This document shows, in pieces, positions 53,476 through 62,090 of a DNA stretch of 64,000 nt. Within the stretch, counting starts at the first letter, position 1. Every line of letters begins with the position of its first letter. The stretch spans positions 288,001-352,000 of the forward strand of contig CAVOVB010000002.1 of NCBI GenBank assembly GCA_963699755.1, written 5' to 3'. The notes under the pieces are model-generated. The model made no database searches. It had not been told where the DNA came from and worked only from the letters and a program-made list of their open reading frames with translations. Position numbers and translations under genes: made by a program. This DNA is from an uncultured delta proteobacterium. GTDB lineage: Bacteria; Myxococcota_A; Polyangia; Polyangiales; Houyiibacteriaceae.

Positions 53476-54884
53476 AAAAGCTTCTTGAGCCAGCCCAGCT
53501 TTCGGTTGCTGTATGGCGGGAAGAGAATCGGGGGATCGGGAAGCGTTGGCTTCTTCAAGACCGACCGGCGGTGCGAGAAGCTTTCGAACGAATGACGCCC
53601 GTGGTAGGCACCCATGCCACTCTCGCCGACGCCGCCGAACGGCAGCGCAGGTACGCCAAAATGAAGACCGACGTGGTTGATCGTCGTGCCGCCGGCGCTG
53701 GTTTCCGCGAGAACGCGGTCCTGCACGGTCTCATCCTCCGCGAACAGGTAGAGGGCCAAGGGCTTGTCGCGCCGGTTGACGAAGCCAATCGCCGAAGCGA
53801 CGCTCGGAACGGAAATCACCGGCAGAATCGGTCCAAAAATCTCGTCCCGCATCACCGCGTCGTCTTCTTCGACGTTCTTCACGATGGTGGGTGCGATGTA
53901 GCGATCGGCGAGGTCGCTTTCGCCGCCGGTGACTAGATCAGCTCCTTCGAGCAAACGGGTCAGGCGCCGATGATGTTGCTCGTCGACGATCCGGCCGAAG
54001 TCCGGGCTCTGTTGGGGATCCTCCCCATAGAATTCGCGAAGCGTGGAGACGAGGCGGTTGACGAGCGCATCGTGAACATGATCGTGAACCAAAACGTAGT
54101 CCGGAGCGACGCACGTCTGACCGGCGTTCAAGAATTTGCCGTAGACGATCCGCTTGGCCGCGGTGTCCAAGTCGGCGCTCTCATCGACGATGCAGGGGCT
54201 CTTTCCGCCAAGCTCGAGGGTCACGGGCGTGAGGTGTTTGGCCGCAGCTTCCATCACCACGCGACCCACGGTCCCGCTTCCAGTGAAGAAAATATGGTCC
54301 CATTGCTGCTCTAGGAGTGCAGTCGTTTCGAGCACTCCGCCTTCGGTGACCTGAATCGCGCTCGGGTCGAGATACTTGGGGATCCACTTGGCGATGAACG
54401 CCGAAACCTGCGGAGCGACCTCCGATGGCTTGAGCATCACACAGTTGCCCGCTGCGATGGCGCCGATCAGAGGCAGGACGACCAAATGGAATGGATAGTT
54501 CCAGGCGGCGATGATCAGCGTTACACCGAGCGGCTCTCTGCAAATGTAACTGCGGCCCGGCCAGGCAGCGAGCGAGGTCCGAACGCGTTCAGGCTTCATC
54601 CAAGAAGCGAGCCTCTTCCGCGTCGAACGTAGCTCGGAAAAGGGGACTGCGATCTCTGCTACGAAAGCTTCCATTGCCGGCTTTCCGAGGTCGGCGCGAA
54701 GCGCGTCGAGGATGTCCTGCTCCCGCTCCATCAGGAAATGCTCGAGCGCATCGAGCTGCGACAGACGCCAGGACAGCGACCTGGTCGCGCCGGCTTCAAA
54801 ATGGGTCCGGAGAGCCCGGGCAGCGGTCGAGGCGCGGCCTTCGAGGGAGGCAGAGGAGGCGGGAACGACGCCGAGTTGAGACAT
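53472..54884 (-). CDS. Aldehyde dehydrogenase (ALDH3 / fatty aldehyde type)
   Basis: EPLGV, WNYP, KPSE, FTGS, LELGGKSP, NAGQTCVAPDY, EIFGP, PFGGVGESG; SD AAGGAG. Confidence 0.95.
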   Translation of the reverse strand: MSQLGVVPASSASLEGRASTAARALRTHFEAGATRSLSWRLSQLDALEHFLMEREQDILDALRADLGKPAMEAFVAEIAVPFSELRSTRKRLASWMKPERVRTSLAAWPGRSYICREPLGVTLIIAAWNYPFHLVVLPLIGAIAAGNCVMLKPSEVAPQVSAFIAKWIPKYLDPSAIQVTEGGVLETTALLEQQWDHIFFTGSGTVGRVVMEAAAKHLTPVTLELGGKSPCIVDESADLDTAAKRIVYGKFLNAGQTCVAPDYVLVHDHVHDALVNRLVSTLREFYGEDPQQSPDFGRIVDEQHHRRLTRLLEGADLVTGGESDLADRYIAPTIVKNVEEDDAVMRDEIFGPILPVISVPSVASAIGFVNRRDKPLALYLFAEDETVQDRVLAETSAGGTTINHVGLHFGVPALPFGGVGESGMGAYHGRHSFESFSHRRSVLKKPTLPDPPILFPPYSNRKLGWLKKLF

Positions 54885-54947
54885 GAGCAGAGCTCCTTGA
54901 GGGCGATTGCCTTGGAAATTGCGTTTGATCTTCAACACTTAGCATAT

Positions 54948-54966
54948 TTGCGAAACAATTTCGCAA
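54948..54966. promoter_or_regulatory. Perfect palindrome TTGCGAAA-N3-TTTCGCAA, candidate operator upstream of ALDH
   Basis: 8-bp inverted repeat in an AT-rich stretch about 65 bp upstream of the ALDH ATG. Confidence 0.6.
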
Positions 54967-55108
54967 CAAGACTTACATCTGTATAATCGCTGAACGGTAT
55001 TCGACAGCCCGACGGAGACCTTCCAATGCAGAGCAGCGAACGCACTTGGCAACCTCATAGGAAGCCGGCCCCATGGTGGGCGCACATCCTACGTTGGTGG
55101 CTGTAGTC

Positions 55109-55137
55109 AAACCCGCACACCTTCACCGCGGGGTTTT
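55109..55137 (-). terminator. Possible terminator hairpin downstream of desaturase
   Basis: AAACCCGC...GCGGGGTTTT immediately after the stop. Confidence 0.4.
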
Positions 55138-55140
55138 GTC

Positions 55141-56061
55141 CTAGGCGGCTAGGCTGAGTTTCTTCGGACTCTCGCTGCGCGTGCCCTCCTGGCCGTCTTC
55201 GCCGGCATCACGGCGCCGACCTTCTTCGAGGACGCGCTCCGGTACATCGCGGATATCCCAGACCAGGCCGATCCAGCTCAGCATCTTGAGCACGTAATAA
55301 GTCACGTCAATTTCCCACCAGTAGAAGCCGTTGCGGCAAGAGGACTGGTAGTAGTGGTGGTTGTTGTGCCAGCCCTCTCCCAGGGTCAGCAGTGCTGTCA
55401 CTATGTTGTTGCGGCTCTCGTCGTCCGTGTCGAAGCGCTTCGTGCCCCAGACGTGCGTGACCGAGTTGATCAAGAAGGTGTTGTGCCAGAGGAGCACGGT
55501 GCTCAAGAAGAAGCCGATGAAGAGACCAGGCCAACCGGCGATCAGAAAACATGCGACAGCGAGGGCAGTCGGGGGCACGGCCCAGTACTTGTTCAGCCAG
55601 CGGAGCTCGGGGTACTTCGCGAAGTCTCGAATCTTGTCCCAGCGCGTCTCCTCGGTACCGTCGAAGATCCAACCGGCGTGCGCGTAGAGAAAGCTGTTCT
55701 GCACCGGCGAATGAACGTCACCCGTTTGGTCGGAGAGCTTGTGGTGCACACGGTGGTGGGCGGCCCACCAGAGCGCGCCTTTTTGGGAGCTGCTCTGCGC
55801 GAGTAGTGCCAGGAAGAGCTGAAACGCCCGGCTGGTCTTGTAGGTTCGGTGGGCGAAGTAGCGGTGATAGCCGGCGGTGATACCCCAGACGCGAACGAAC
55901 AGGAGCACGAAGCAGAGCACGAGCGCCTGCCAGGTCACCCCTGACCAGAACGCGCCCAGCACCGCGAGATGCGCGAGCACGAATATCGTTGCACGCCGCC
56001 ATTGCTCGGATCGGCTCAGCGGTCTGTTGGGGAGCGCGGCCCCGAGAACCTTCGTTTCCAT
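55141..56061 (-). CDS. Delta-9-type acyl-CoA/acyl-lipid fatty-acid desaturase
   Basis: His boxes GYHRYFAH, HRVHH, GEGWHNNHH; INSVTH; WWEID. Confidence 0.94.
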   Translation of the reverse strand: METKVLGAALPNRPLSRSEQWRRATIFVLAHLAVLGAFWSGVTWQALVLCFVLLFVRVWGITAGYHRYFAHRTYKTSRAFQLFLALLAQSSSQKGALWWAAHHRVHHKLSDQTGDVHSPVQNSFLYAHAGWIFDGTEETRWDKIRDFAKYPELRWLNKYWAVPPTALAVACFLIAGWPGLFIGFFLSTVLLWHNTFLINSVTHVWGTKRFDTDDESRNNIVTALLTLGEGWHNNHHYYQSSCRNGFYWWEIDVTYYVLKMLSWIGLVWDIRDVPERVLEEGRRRDAGEDGQEGTRSESPKKLSLAA

Positions 56062-56140
56062 GCCTCAAAGGCTATCGCGGCACCCGAGATTTCACCGTCA
56101 CGGTTCACCCTCGAAAGGTCATAGTTGTGTAAAAAGTTCC

Positions 56141-56857
56141 TCAAGCGATGAATTTGTATCCGGCTCCACGAACGGAGAGGAAGTGGATGGGAGAGCTCGG
56201 GTCCTGTTCGAAACGGCGGCGGAGGCGCGAGATGAAGTTGTCGACCGTTCGGGTGTTGCCGTAATTGCGGAGTTTCCATACCCGTTCGAGGAGCTCGGTA
56301 CGGCTCAGGACGCGGCCGGCGTTTTCAGCAAAGTACCGAAGGAGGTCGAGCTCCAGCTGGGTGAGTTGCACGTCCTGGCCGGCGACCTGGACCTCATGGG
56401 TGTCGAAGTTGATTCGGGCGTCACCAAAGGACAGCGTGGCGGCCTTGACCTGGGTCCCAGACCCCTGCTCCCAGCGCTGGCGCCTGAGCACCGAACGCAC
56501 CCTGGCGAGCAGCTCGCCCAGCTCGAAGGGTTTGACCATGTAATCATCCGCGCCGGCTTCTAGGCCGAGAACCCGATCTTCGGGCGATGAGCGCGCGGTC
56601 AGCATGATCACCGGCACGAAGTTTCCCGCGTCCCGAAACCTCTTGCAGAGCTCGAAGCCGTTGATGTCGGGCAACATGACGTCCAGGACAATCGCATCGT
56701 ACCCGCTCGGGTCGAGCAAGCGCTGCCCGGCTTCCTTTGCATTCGCCGCGACGTCGACGCGATAGCCTTCGAGCTCGAGGTTGAGCTTGAGGCCAGCGGC
56801 CAAATGGTCTTCGTCCTCCACGATGAGTAGTTTTTGCGCTTCGTCGTCGGTCATCAT
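56141..56857 (-). CDS. OmpR/PhoB family response regulator
   Basis: VEDE, LDVMLP, LTA, GADDY..KPF, wHTH RTVDNFI.RLR, RGAGY. Confidence 0.96.
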   Translation of the reverse strand: MMTDDEAQKLLIVEDEDHLAAGLKLNLELEGYRVDVAANAKEAGQRLLDPSGYDAIVLDVMLPDINGFELCKRFRDAGNFVPVIMLTARSSPEDRVLGLEAGADDYMVKPFELGELLARVRSVLRRQRWEQGSGTQVKAATLSFGDARINFDTHEVQVAGQDVQLTQLELDLLRYFAENAGRVLSRTELLERVWKLRNYGNTRTVDNFISRLRRRFEQDPSSPIHFLSVRGAGYKFIA

Positions 56858-57795
56858 CCCCTCACCGCATGGGCCATCGGCAGCTCGACGCGCATCACCG
56901 TGCCCTGCCCCCGCCCTTGAGAAGACGCTCGCACCTCACCGCCCAGCTGTTTCACCAGCGCCGAGACGACGAAGAGCCCGAGGCCAGTGCCGCGTCGTTC
57001 GCGAACCTCCTGATCCTCCACGCGATAGAAGCGGTGAAAAACCCGTCTCAGATTCTTTCGCTCGATCCCTATTCCGGTATCGCTCACCTCGATCAAGACC
57101 TTGTTTTCCGAATCTCTGCGCGCCGTGACCTCAACCCGCGCGGGGCGCTCGGAGTACTTGACCGCGTTGTCGATGAGATTCTTGACGATAATCTCGAGTG
57201 CCGCACGATCAGTGGTCACTACGAGCTCGGGATCGACGTGAATGCGCACCTCGTCTCGCCCTAGATTGTGTCGACTGCGAACCGCTTCGGCGCATTGTTC
57301 GCTGAGCTGCGAAAGGGGCACATCGCTCAGATTGAGCATGCCGGGTCGCGCATAGGACAGACGGTTCGCTTCAAGGACGTCGTCGATGAACGCACGCAGA
57401 CGGTCGACATCCTGGAGCATCATCTGACGCAGCCTTTCCCGGGCCTCGTCTTCGAGCTCTTCGCGCCCGAGCGTCTCCAAGCAGAGCTGCAGCGACGCTA
57501 GCGGGCTCTTCAGCTCGTGCGTGACGGAATCGATGAAGGTGTCCTGCTTGCGCACCTCGATGATTCCCCGTGCCAGGGAAATCACGAAGAGCACGAGCAC
57601 TACGATGATGAGCACGAAAGACAGAGCGCCGAGGACGAGAAGCCACACGTCGCCAGCAATGTCTGCGGAGCGGACGATCTTCTGGCCGAGGAGAAAAGAC
57701 CAGCCCACCAGCAGTGCGATGCTCAGCAGAACGGTGATCGCGCCCAAGGTGATAGGGATCGAAATCGAGGATCGGATTTTTCGACGGCGTGCCAT
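56854..57795 (-). CDS. Small sensor histidine kinase (2 TM, HisKA + HATPase)
   Basis: THELKSPL, NLIDNAVKY, DTGIGI, F.RFYR, GTGLGL; only a short loop between TM helices. Confidence 0.94.
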   Translation of the reverse strand: MARRRKIRSSISIPITLGAITVLLSIALLVGWSFLLGQKIVRSADIAGDVWLLVLGALSFVLIIVVLVLFVISLARGIIEVRKQDTFIDSVTHELKSPLASLQLCLETLGREELEDEARERLRQMMLQDVDRLRAFIDDVLEANRLSYARPGMLNLSDVPLSQLSEQCAEAVRSRHNLGRDEVRIHVDPELVVTTDRAALEIIVKNLIDNAVKYSERPARVEVTARRDSENKVLIEVSDTGIGIERKNLRRVFHRFYRVEDQEVRERRGTGLGLFVVSALVKQLGGEVRASSQGRGQGTVMRVELPMAHAVRG

Positions 57796-57809
57796 GAATC
57801 AGCTTGCGG

Positions 57810-58577
57810 TTAGGTCCCACGCAGCAGGCGCCAGAGGTTTTCTTTTTCCCATTGCTGCGCAGCGGAGTGGTACTCGAAGCTTCGCTCACGCGTTCGAAAT
57901 GCTCGAGTGTGATAGTGGTGACGCCCATTTCGCACGACTGCTGGCATGTCGTGGTGCAGCATCTCGTGAAAAACGACCGCTTCGACGAAAAAACGGGGGA
58001 CCCAGGACTGGTCGAGCGCCGGATGAATCCGAATCAGACGTTCCTCAGGAAGGTAGGTTCCGAGCTGAAGCGAGCGCTGCCGGCGTTTGGGCTGAACGCG
58101 CTTTCCCCAGGTGATTCGGACATCGACGCCGGCGCCGAAGTGCCGGCGACCTAGCTCGTCGGCGATTGCGCGAAGATCATGATGGCGCCCCTCTGAACGC
58201 AAGTCCTCCTGAGGCGGTCCCGAGGCGACGAAGTGGCGGCGATGCTCTTCGACGAATCGATCGATCGTCGCGGTCGCCTCCGCCGCGTTGCCTGTCAAAT
58301 AGTCGCCCACAGCGTCCAAGATGTCTTCGTTGGCGGTGAGGAACATGTGATGAAGACGCAGCTCGAGCCGGCCCCCCTTGGGGCGAGCAGCCAACATGGT
58401 GCTCCGGTTGTCGGTCACGACGAGACGAACCGGCTGGTTCAGGCGTGTGGCCAGCGCTCGACTCCAGTCGGACGCTCGGGCATAGGCCCGATCCAGCTCG
58501 TTCTGACGACCTTCGGTGACGTCGCGCTCCGCGGTCGTCGGCGACGCAGCGGCAAACTCGAAGGAAAGTTGAAGCAC
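57810..58577 (-). CDS. SprT-like/YgjP-like zinc metalloprotease-fold protein
   Basis: ITWG, LG.Y, IRIHPALD..VP, FHEMLH, H...FR..E. Confidence 0.75.
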   Translation of the reverse strand: MLQLSFEFAAASPTTAERDVTEGRQNELDRAYARASDWSRALATRLNQPVRLVVTDNRSTMLAARPKGGRLELRLHHMFLTANEDILDAVGDYLTGNAAEATATIDRFVEEHRRHFVASGPPQEDLRSEGRHHDLRAIADELGRRHFGAGVDVRITWGKRVQPKRRQRSLQLGTYLPEERLIRIHPALDQSWVPRFFVEAVVFHEMLHHDMPAVVRNGRHHYHTRAFRTRERSFEYHSAAQQWEKENLWRLLRGT

Positions 58578-58585
58578 CCCATCTC

Positions 58586-58614
58586 GAGCTAGAGGTTTGC
58601 TGGTTCTTTGTCAA
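58586..58614 (-). promoter_or_regulatory. Sigma-70-type promoter of the protease-HK-RR unit
   Basis: Minus strand TTGACA-N17-TAGCTC, 8 nt before GTG 58577. Confidence 0.45.
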
Positions 58615-58657
58615 CCGCGCTTTCCGAGGGGCGACCGGCAGGCTAGAATCAACGGGG

Positions 58658-61600
58658 ATGCGCGCTGCGACTCGGGACCGCCTCGAAGGCCTGTCGGTCT
58701 TGCACCGACTGAACAGCGCTGAGCAGCGCGAAGCAGCATGGCGTCGAGGTATGGCAACGCTCGCGCGAGCGGTCATCGACGAGCGACGTCCTCTCCCGCT
58801 CGAGGGCCTCGATCCAGAGGCCTTGCGTCAAAGCTTGGAGGTCGCAGTCGATGGCGGCCTCGTCGACGAGCTCGGCTGGCTCTCGGGCCCCGCCGCCGCG
58901 GCAGCGCTCTACGAAGTCGCAGCAGCCCTCCCTTCGAGCCCGATCAAACGCCAGCTCGGGCGGATGGTGGTCGAGCGTCTGCGAAGGGGTGACGCCGCAA
59001 CGTTCGTGTCCGTGGCGACGCAGCTGGCGCTAGGATCGCAACGCGCCCTCAGCGGGCGATTCATACGTGCCCGTGTTGCACTCGCGCTGAGCTTGCCCAT
59101 CGGCGCCGTCGACAACGTCGACGCCCTCGCTCTCGCGCTGGTCTCGCGGCAGGATTCGAGCCGCGACTGGCTCCTCACGCCCGCTGCCGGATCACTTCCT
59201 TCTCGCCGTTTGGCCGCTCGACTCTTGGAGCGTGCCGCCCGGGAAGCGGCGCGGCGCGCGGCCGAAGGCGACGACACAGGCGTCCGTGTCTTCTGCACCC
59301 CGGCCGTCCGCGAGGCCTGGGACCGCTTACTCTCGGATCGGGAGACCTTGGTCTGGCGGCACGTCGCATCCGCCCGGGGACTGCTGGCGTCGTCGATGCC
59401 AATCTTCGAGCAAGAGATTCGGCGTCACCTAGACCCAGAGTTCACCATCACCGAATGGCGCCGCGCAGCAGCATCCCTTGCTGCAAGCATTGCAGTGGAG
59501 CCCGAAGAGGGTGTTCGAGCCTGCCAGGAGCTCTTGGAATCTCTCATTTTCGAGCAGGATCACGGCGTCGCTGCGGCGATGATCTCCGGGCTTCCGCGCG
59601 CAGCGGAAAGCCATCCAGTCGCGGTCGAGTCCTTGCTCGAGCAATTGATGCGCGTGAGCGGTCTGGAGACGGCAGAGGCTCTGGTCGAGCTCCGGGCCGA
59701 ACGAATCCGGCCGGGCTTTGCGGAGAAGGCGGCGAAAAGAGCCGAGACCCGTCTCCGCCAAGCGATCGCCGACGGCGGCAGCGAGGACCTCGGTCGCGAG
59801 GCGCTCATGAAGGCTCTCGCAGAGGAGCTCGGGGGCAAATCGAGCCAGGGCGAACCCACGCTTCGTGAGATGCTGTCGGACGCGCTCGAGATCTTCGCAA
59901 GCAAAGGCGCCTACGAAGCGGCGCGTGAAGCAGAGGCAATCCTCGAAGCGGCAGCCCGCAAGGCCACTCTCCTCCAGCGTCCTTTCGAGGGTGATCCCGC
60001 GGCCGAGGTGGAGGTGTTCCTGGCACTTCGAGAGCTGGACTCAGCGCTCTTCGAGACCTCGACCCTGAATGACCTCTTGCTCGTAGGCGAGGACGATGAC
60101 CAACACGACGGCCACGACGAGCGCCTCGGGGATCTCTTTCAGCAGGTCACTAATTGGCTCGTCATTCGAGAAGGCGACCCATTGGAAAAGACTGGCGAAG
60201 TCAAGCAGTTCACGACGCGCCTGCGCCAACTTCGGACCATGCTTCATCTGGTCGATGCGGATGGACCGGAGGTCGACCCACGAAAAGACCTCGTCCGGCA
60301 ACGGCGATTGCTAACGCAGCGCGTCTTGCTCAATCGCATCCAGCGCGATCGACAAGGCTCGCTTCGACGCACACTCTGCGCCGCAACCGCACGCACCTGC
60401 GACGCCCTGGTGCGCGAAGACAGTGCGGACCTCTCCGAGGTCCTGGTCGCCGCGGCGGAGCACGTTCCCCACATCGATGATCTCAAAGCCATGGCCGAAG
60501 CCTCGATGGTTCCAGAGATCAAGAGCATGCTGAGAGCGTACGCGAAGCTACAGCAAGCCACTCGCACGGCGGCGCGAGACGGTCAGGGATTGGTCGCAGC
60601 GACGGACGCACTCAGGGCCATTGGCGCCGAGCTGCCCGTTGCGCGCTCCGCCCGAATCGAAGCGCTTCGCCAAGCCCTATCGCTCCTCTCGCGGGGGCTC
60701 CGCGCTGTGGCTGCGTCAGGCTCGCTCACCGAGGTCGCGGACCGTTCGTCGGGCACTCCGCTTTCGCCCCTCGAACGCGGCGTTGCGGCTCTAGCTCAGC
60801 TCGTCAACGGATCTCGGCGGCGACTGGGTGTTTCGGTCGGCGACGATGCTCCGGCAGCGGCAGCGGCGATCTGGGCGATGGGGCTTGAAGTCGAGCGCGC
60901 GCTTCGCAGCTCGGTCTCGGAGATGGACCAGGCGTTGACCATGGCGCTGAATGCGATCGACCGCGATTTGCCAGGTGCTTTCGGTGAGCTGACGGGAACG
61001 GTTCTCGAGCACCTGCGCTCGCTCCCACTGGACGGTCCGAAACGAATGCCGAGCCTCGCTCCGCTCGAGCTCGACGCGGACGCGCCCTTGCCAGCATGGG
61101 CGCCGCCAAGCCGAATCGTCGGGGGGTTCTATCTGGTGCGAACGGTTGGCACTGGCACGGTAGGCTCTGTCTTCATCGCTCGCCGCGCCGAAGAGAGGCA
61201 AGACGAGACCGCGCCGCTCTTCGCGTTGAAGGTGCCCGATTACTCGGCCGCCGCTGCGCGCACGCTCTCCGAGGACGAGTTCCTGAAGATGTTCCGCGAG
61301 GAAGCGGGTGCACTCCTAGCGCTCCCAGAGCATCCGAACATCCCGCACTTCGTCACCTTCGACGCCGGCGCTCGGCCCAAGCCGATCTTGGTCATGGAGT
61401 TGGTCGAAGGCCCGAACCTCGAACGCATGCTCGAGATGGGTGACCTCTCCGTCGGACGCGCGCGGGATCTACTCCTCGGCATAAGCGCGGGCCTCGATGC
61501 GATGCACCAAGTCGGCGTCGCGCACTTGGACCTGAAGCCCTCGAACATCATCGTCTGTCATGCGGAAGCCAACACCGGCGTGGGTCAGCCGCCCAAGCCC

Positions 61601-62005
61601 GTCCTGGTCGACTTCGGCCTCGCAGGTCGTCATCTCCGGCCAGGCTGTGGAACCGCGAACTACGGGGCCCCGGAGATTTGGGGTGCCGGAGACAAGTCTC
61701 AGGCGATCCCCGCGGACGTGTACGCATTCGGTTGCCTCATCTTCGAGGCGTATACTGGCCGGCCTCTATTCGATGGGATCGGAGAGGCCGCGTTGCTCAG
61801 CCAGCATGTGACGCACGACGGGAGGCCCGAAGCCGTCCGCGCACTGCTCGAGCAATCCGAAACCCGCGACCTCGGGACATTGATCGCGCGCTGCCTCCGA
61901 CGCGACCCGCGCGACCGAATCACGATTCGACAAGCGCGGCAGTTCCTCGCCGACCTTAGCCTCGGCGCGCAAGACCCGGCCTGGCCCGTGCGAATCGCGA
62001 GCTGA
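58658..62005 (+). CDS. Hanks-type Ser/Thr kinase, C-terminal catalytic domain with about 800-aa helical N-terminus
   Basis: GTGTVGSV, ALK, alphaC Glu, HLDLKPSN, DFG, GT..Y.APE, DVYAFG. Confidence 0.9.
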   Translation: MRAATRDRLEGLSVLHRLNSAEQREAAWRRGMATLARAVIDERRPLPLEGLDPEALRQSLEVAVDGGLVDELGWLSGPAAAAALYEVAAALPSSPIKRQLGRMVVERLRRGDAATFVSVATQLALGSQRALSGRFIRARVALALSLPIGAVDNVDALALALVSRQDSSRDWLLTPAAGSLPSRRLAARLLERAAREAARRAAEGDDTGVRVFCTPAVREAWDRLLSDRETLVWRHVASARGLLASSMPIFEQEIRRHLDPEFTITEWRRAAASLAASIAVEPEEGVRACQELLESLIFEQDHGVAAAMISGLPRAAESHPVAVESLLEQLMRVSGLETAEALVELRAERIRPGFAEKAAKRAETRLRQAIADGGSEDLGREALMKALAEELGGKSSQGEPTLREMLSDALEIFASKGAYEAAREAEAILEAAARKATLLQRPFEGDPAAEVEVFLALRELDSALFETSTLNDLLLVGEDDDQHDGHDERLGDLFQQVTNWLVIREGDPLEKTGEVKQFTTRLRQLRTMLHLVDADGPEVDPRKDLVRQRRLLTQRVLLNRIQRDRQGSLRRTLCAATARTCDALVREDSADLSEVLVAAAEHVPHIDDLKAMAEASMVPEIKSMLRAYAKLQQATRTAARDGQGLVAATDALRAIGAELPVARSARIEALRQALSLLSRGLRAVAASGSLTEVADRSSGTPLSPLERGVAALAQLVNGSRRRLGVSVGDDAPAAAAAIWAMGLEVERALRSSVSEMDQALTMALNAIDRDLPGAFGELTGTVLEHLRSLPLDGPKRMPSLAPLELDADAPLPAWAPPSRIVGGFYLVRTVGTGTVGSVFIARRAEERQDETAPLFALKVPDYSAAAARTLSEDEFLKMFREEAGALLALPEHPNIPHFVTFDAGARPKPILVMELVEGPNLERMLEMGDLSVGRARDLLLGISAGLDAMHQVGVAHLDLKPSNIIVCHAEANTGVGQPPKPVLVDFGLAGRHLRPGCGTANYGAPEIWGAGDKSQAIPADVYAFGCLIFEAYTGRPLFDGIGEAALLSQHVTHDGRPEAVRALLEQSETRDLGTLIARCLRRDPRDRITIRQARQFLADLSLGAQDPAWPVRIAS

Positions 62006-62025
62006 GCCAAGCCGCTAAACGCGAA

Positions 62026-62054
62026 GCGGGCTCCAGATCGAACCTGGAACCCGC
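62026..62054. terminator. Hairpin between convergent kinase and OmpA genes
   Basis: GCGGGCTCCAG-N7-CTGGAACCCGC. Confidence 0.5.
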
Positions 62055-62090
62055 CGCGCAGATGCCGCGCCCAGTGGGCGCTACCGTGGA

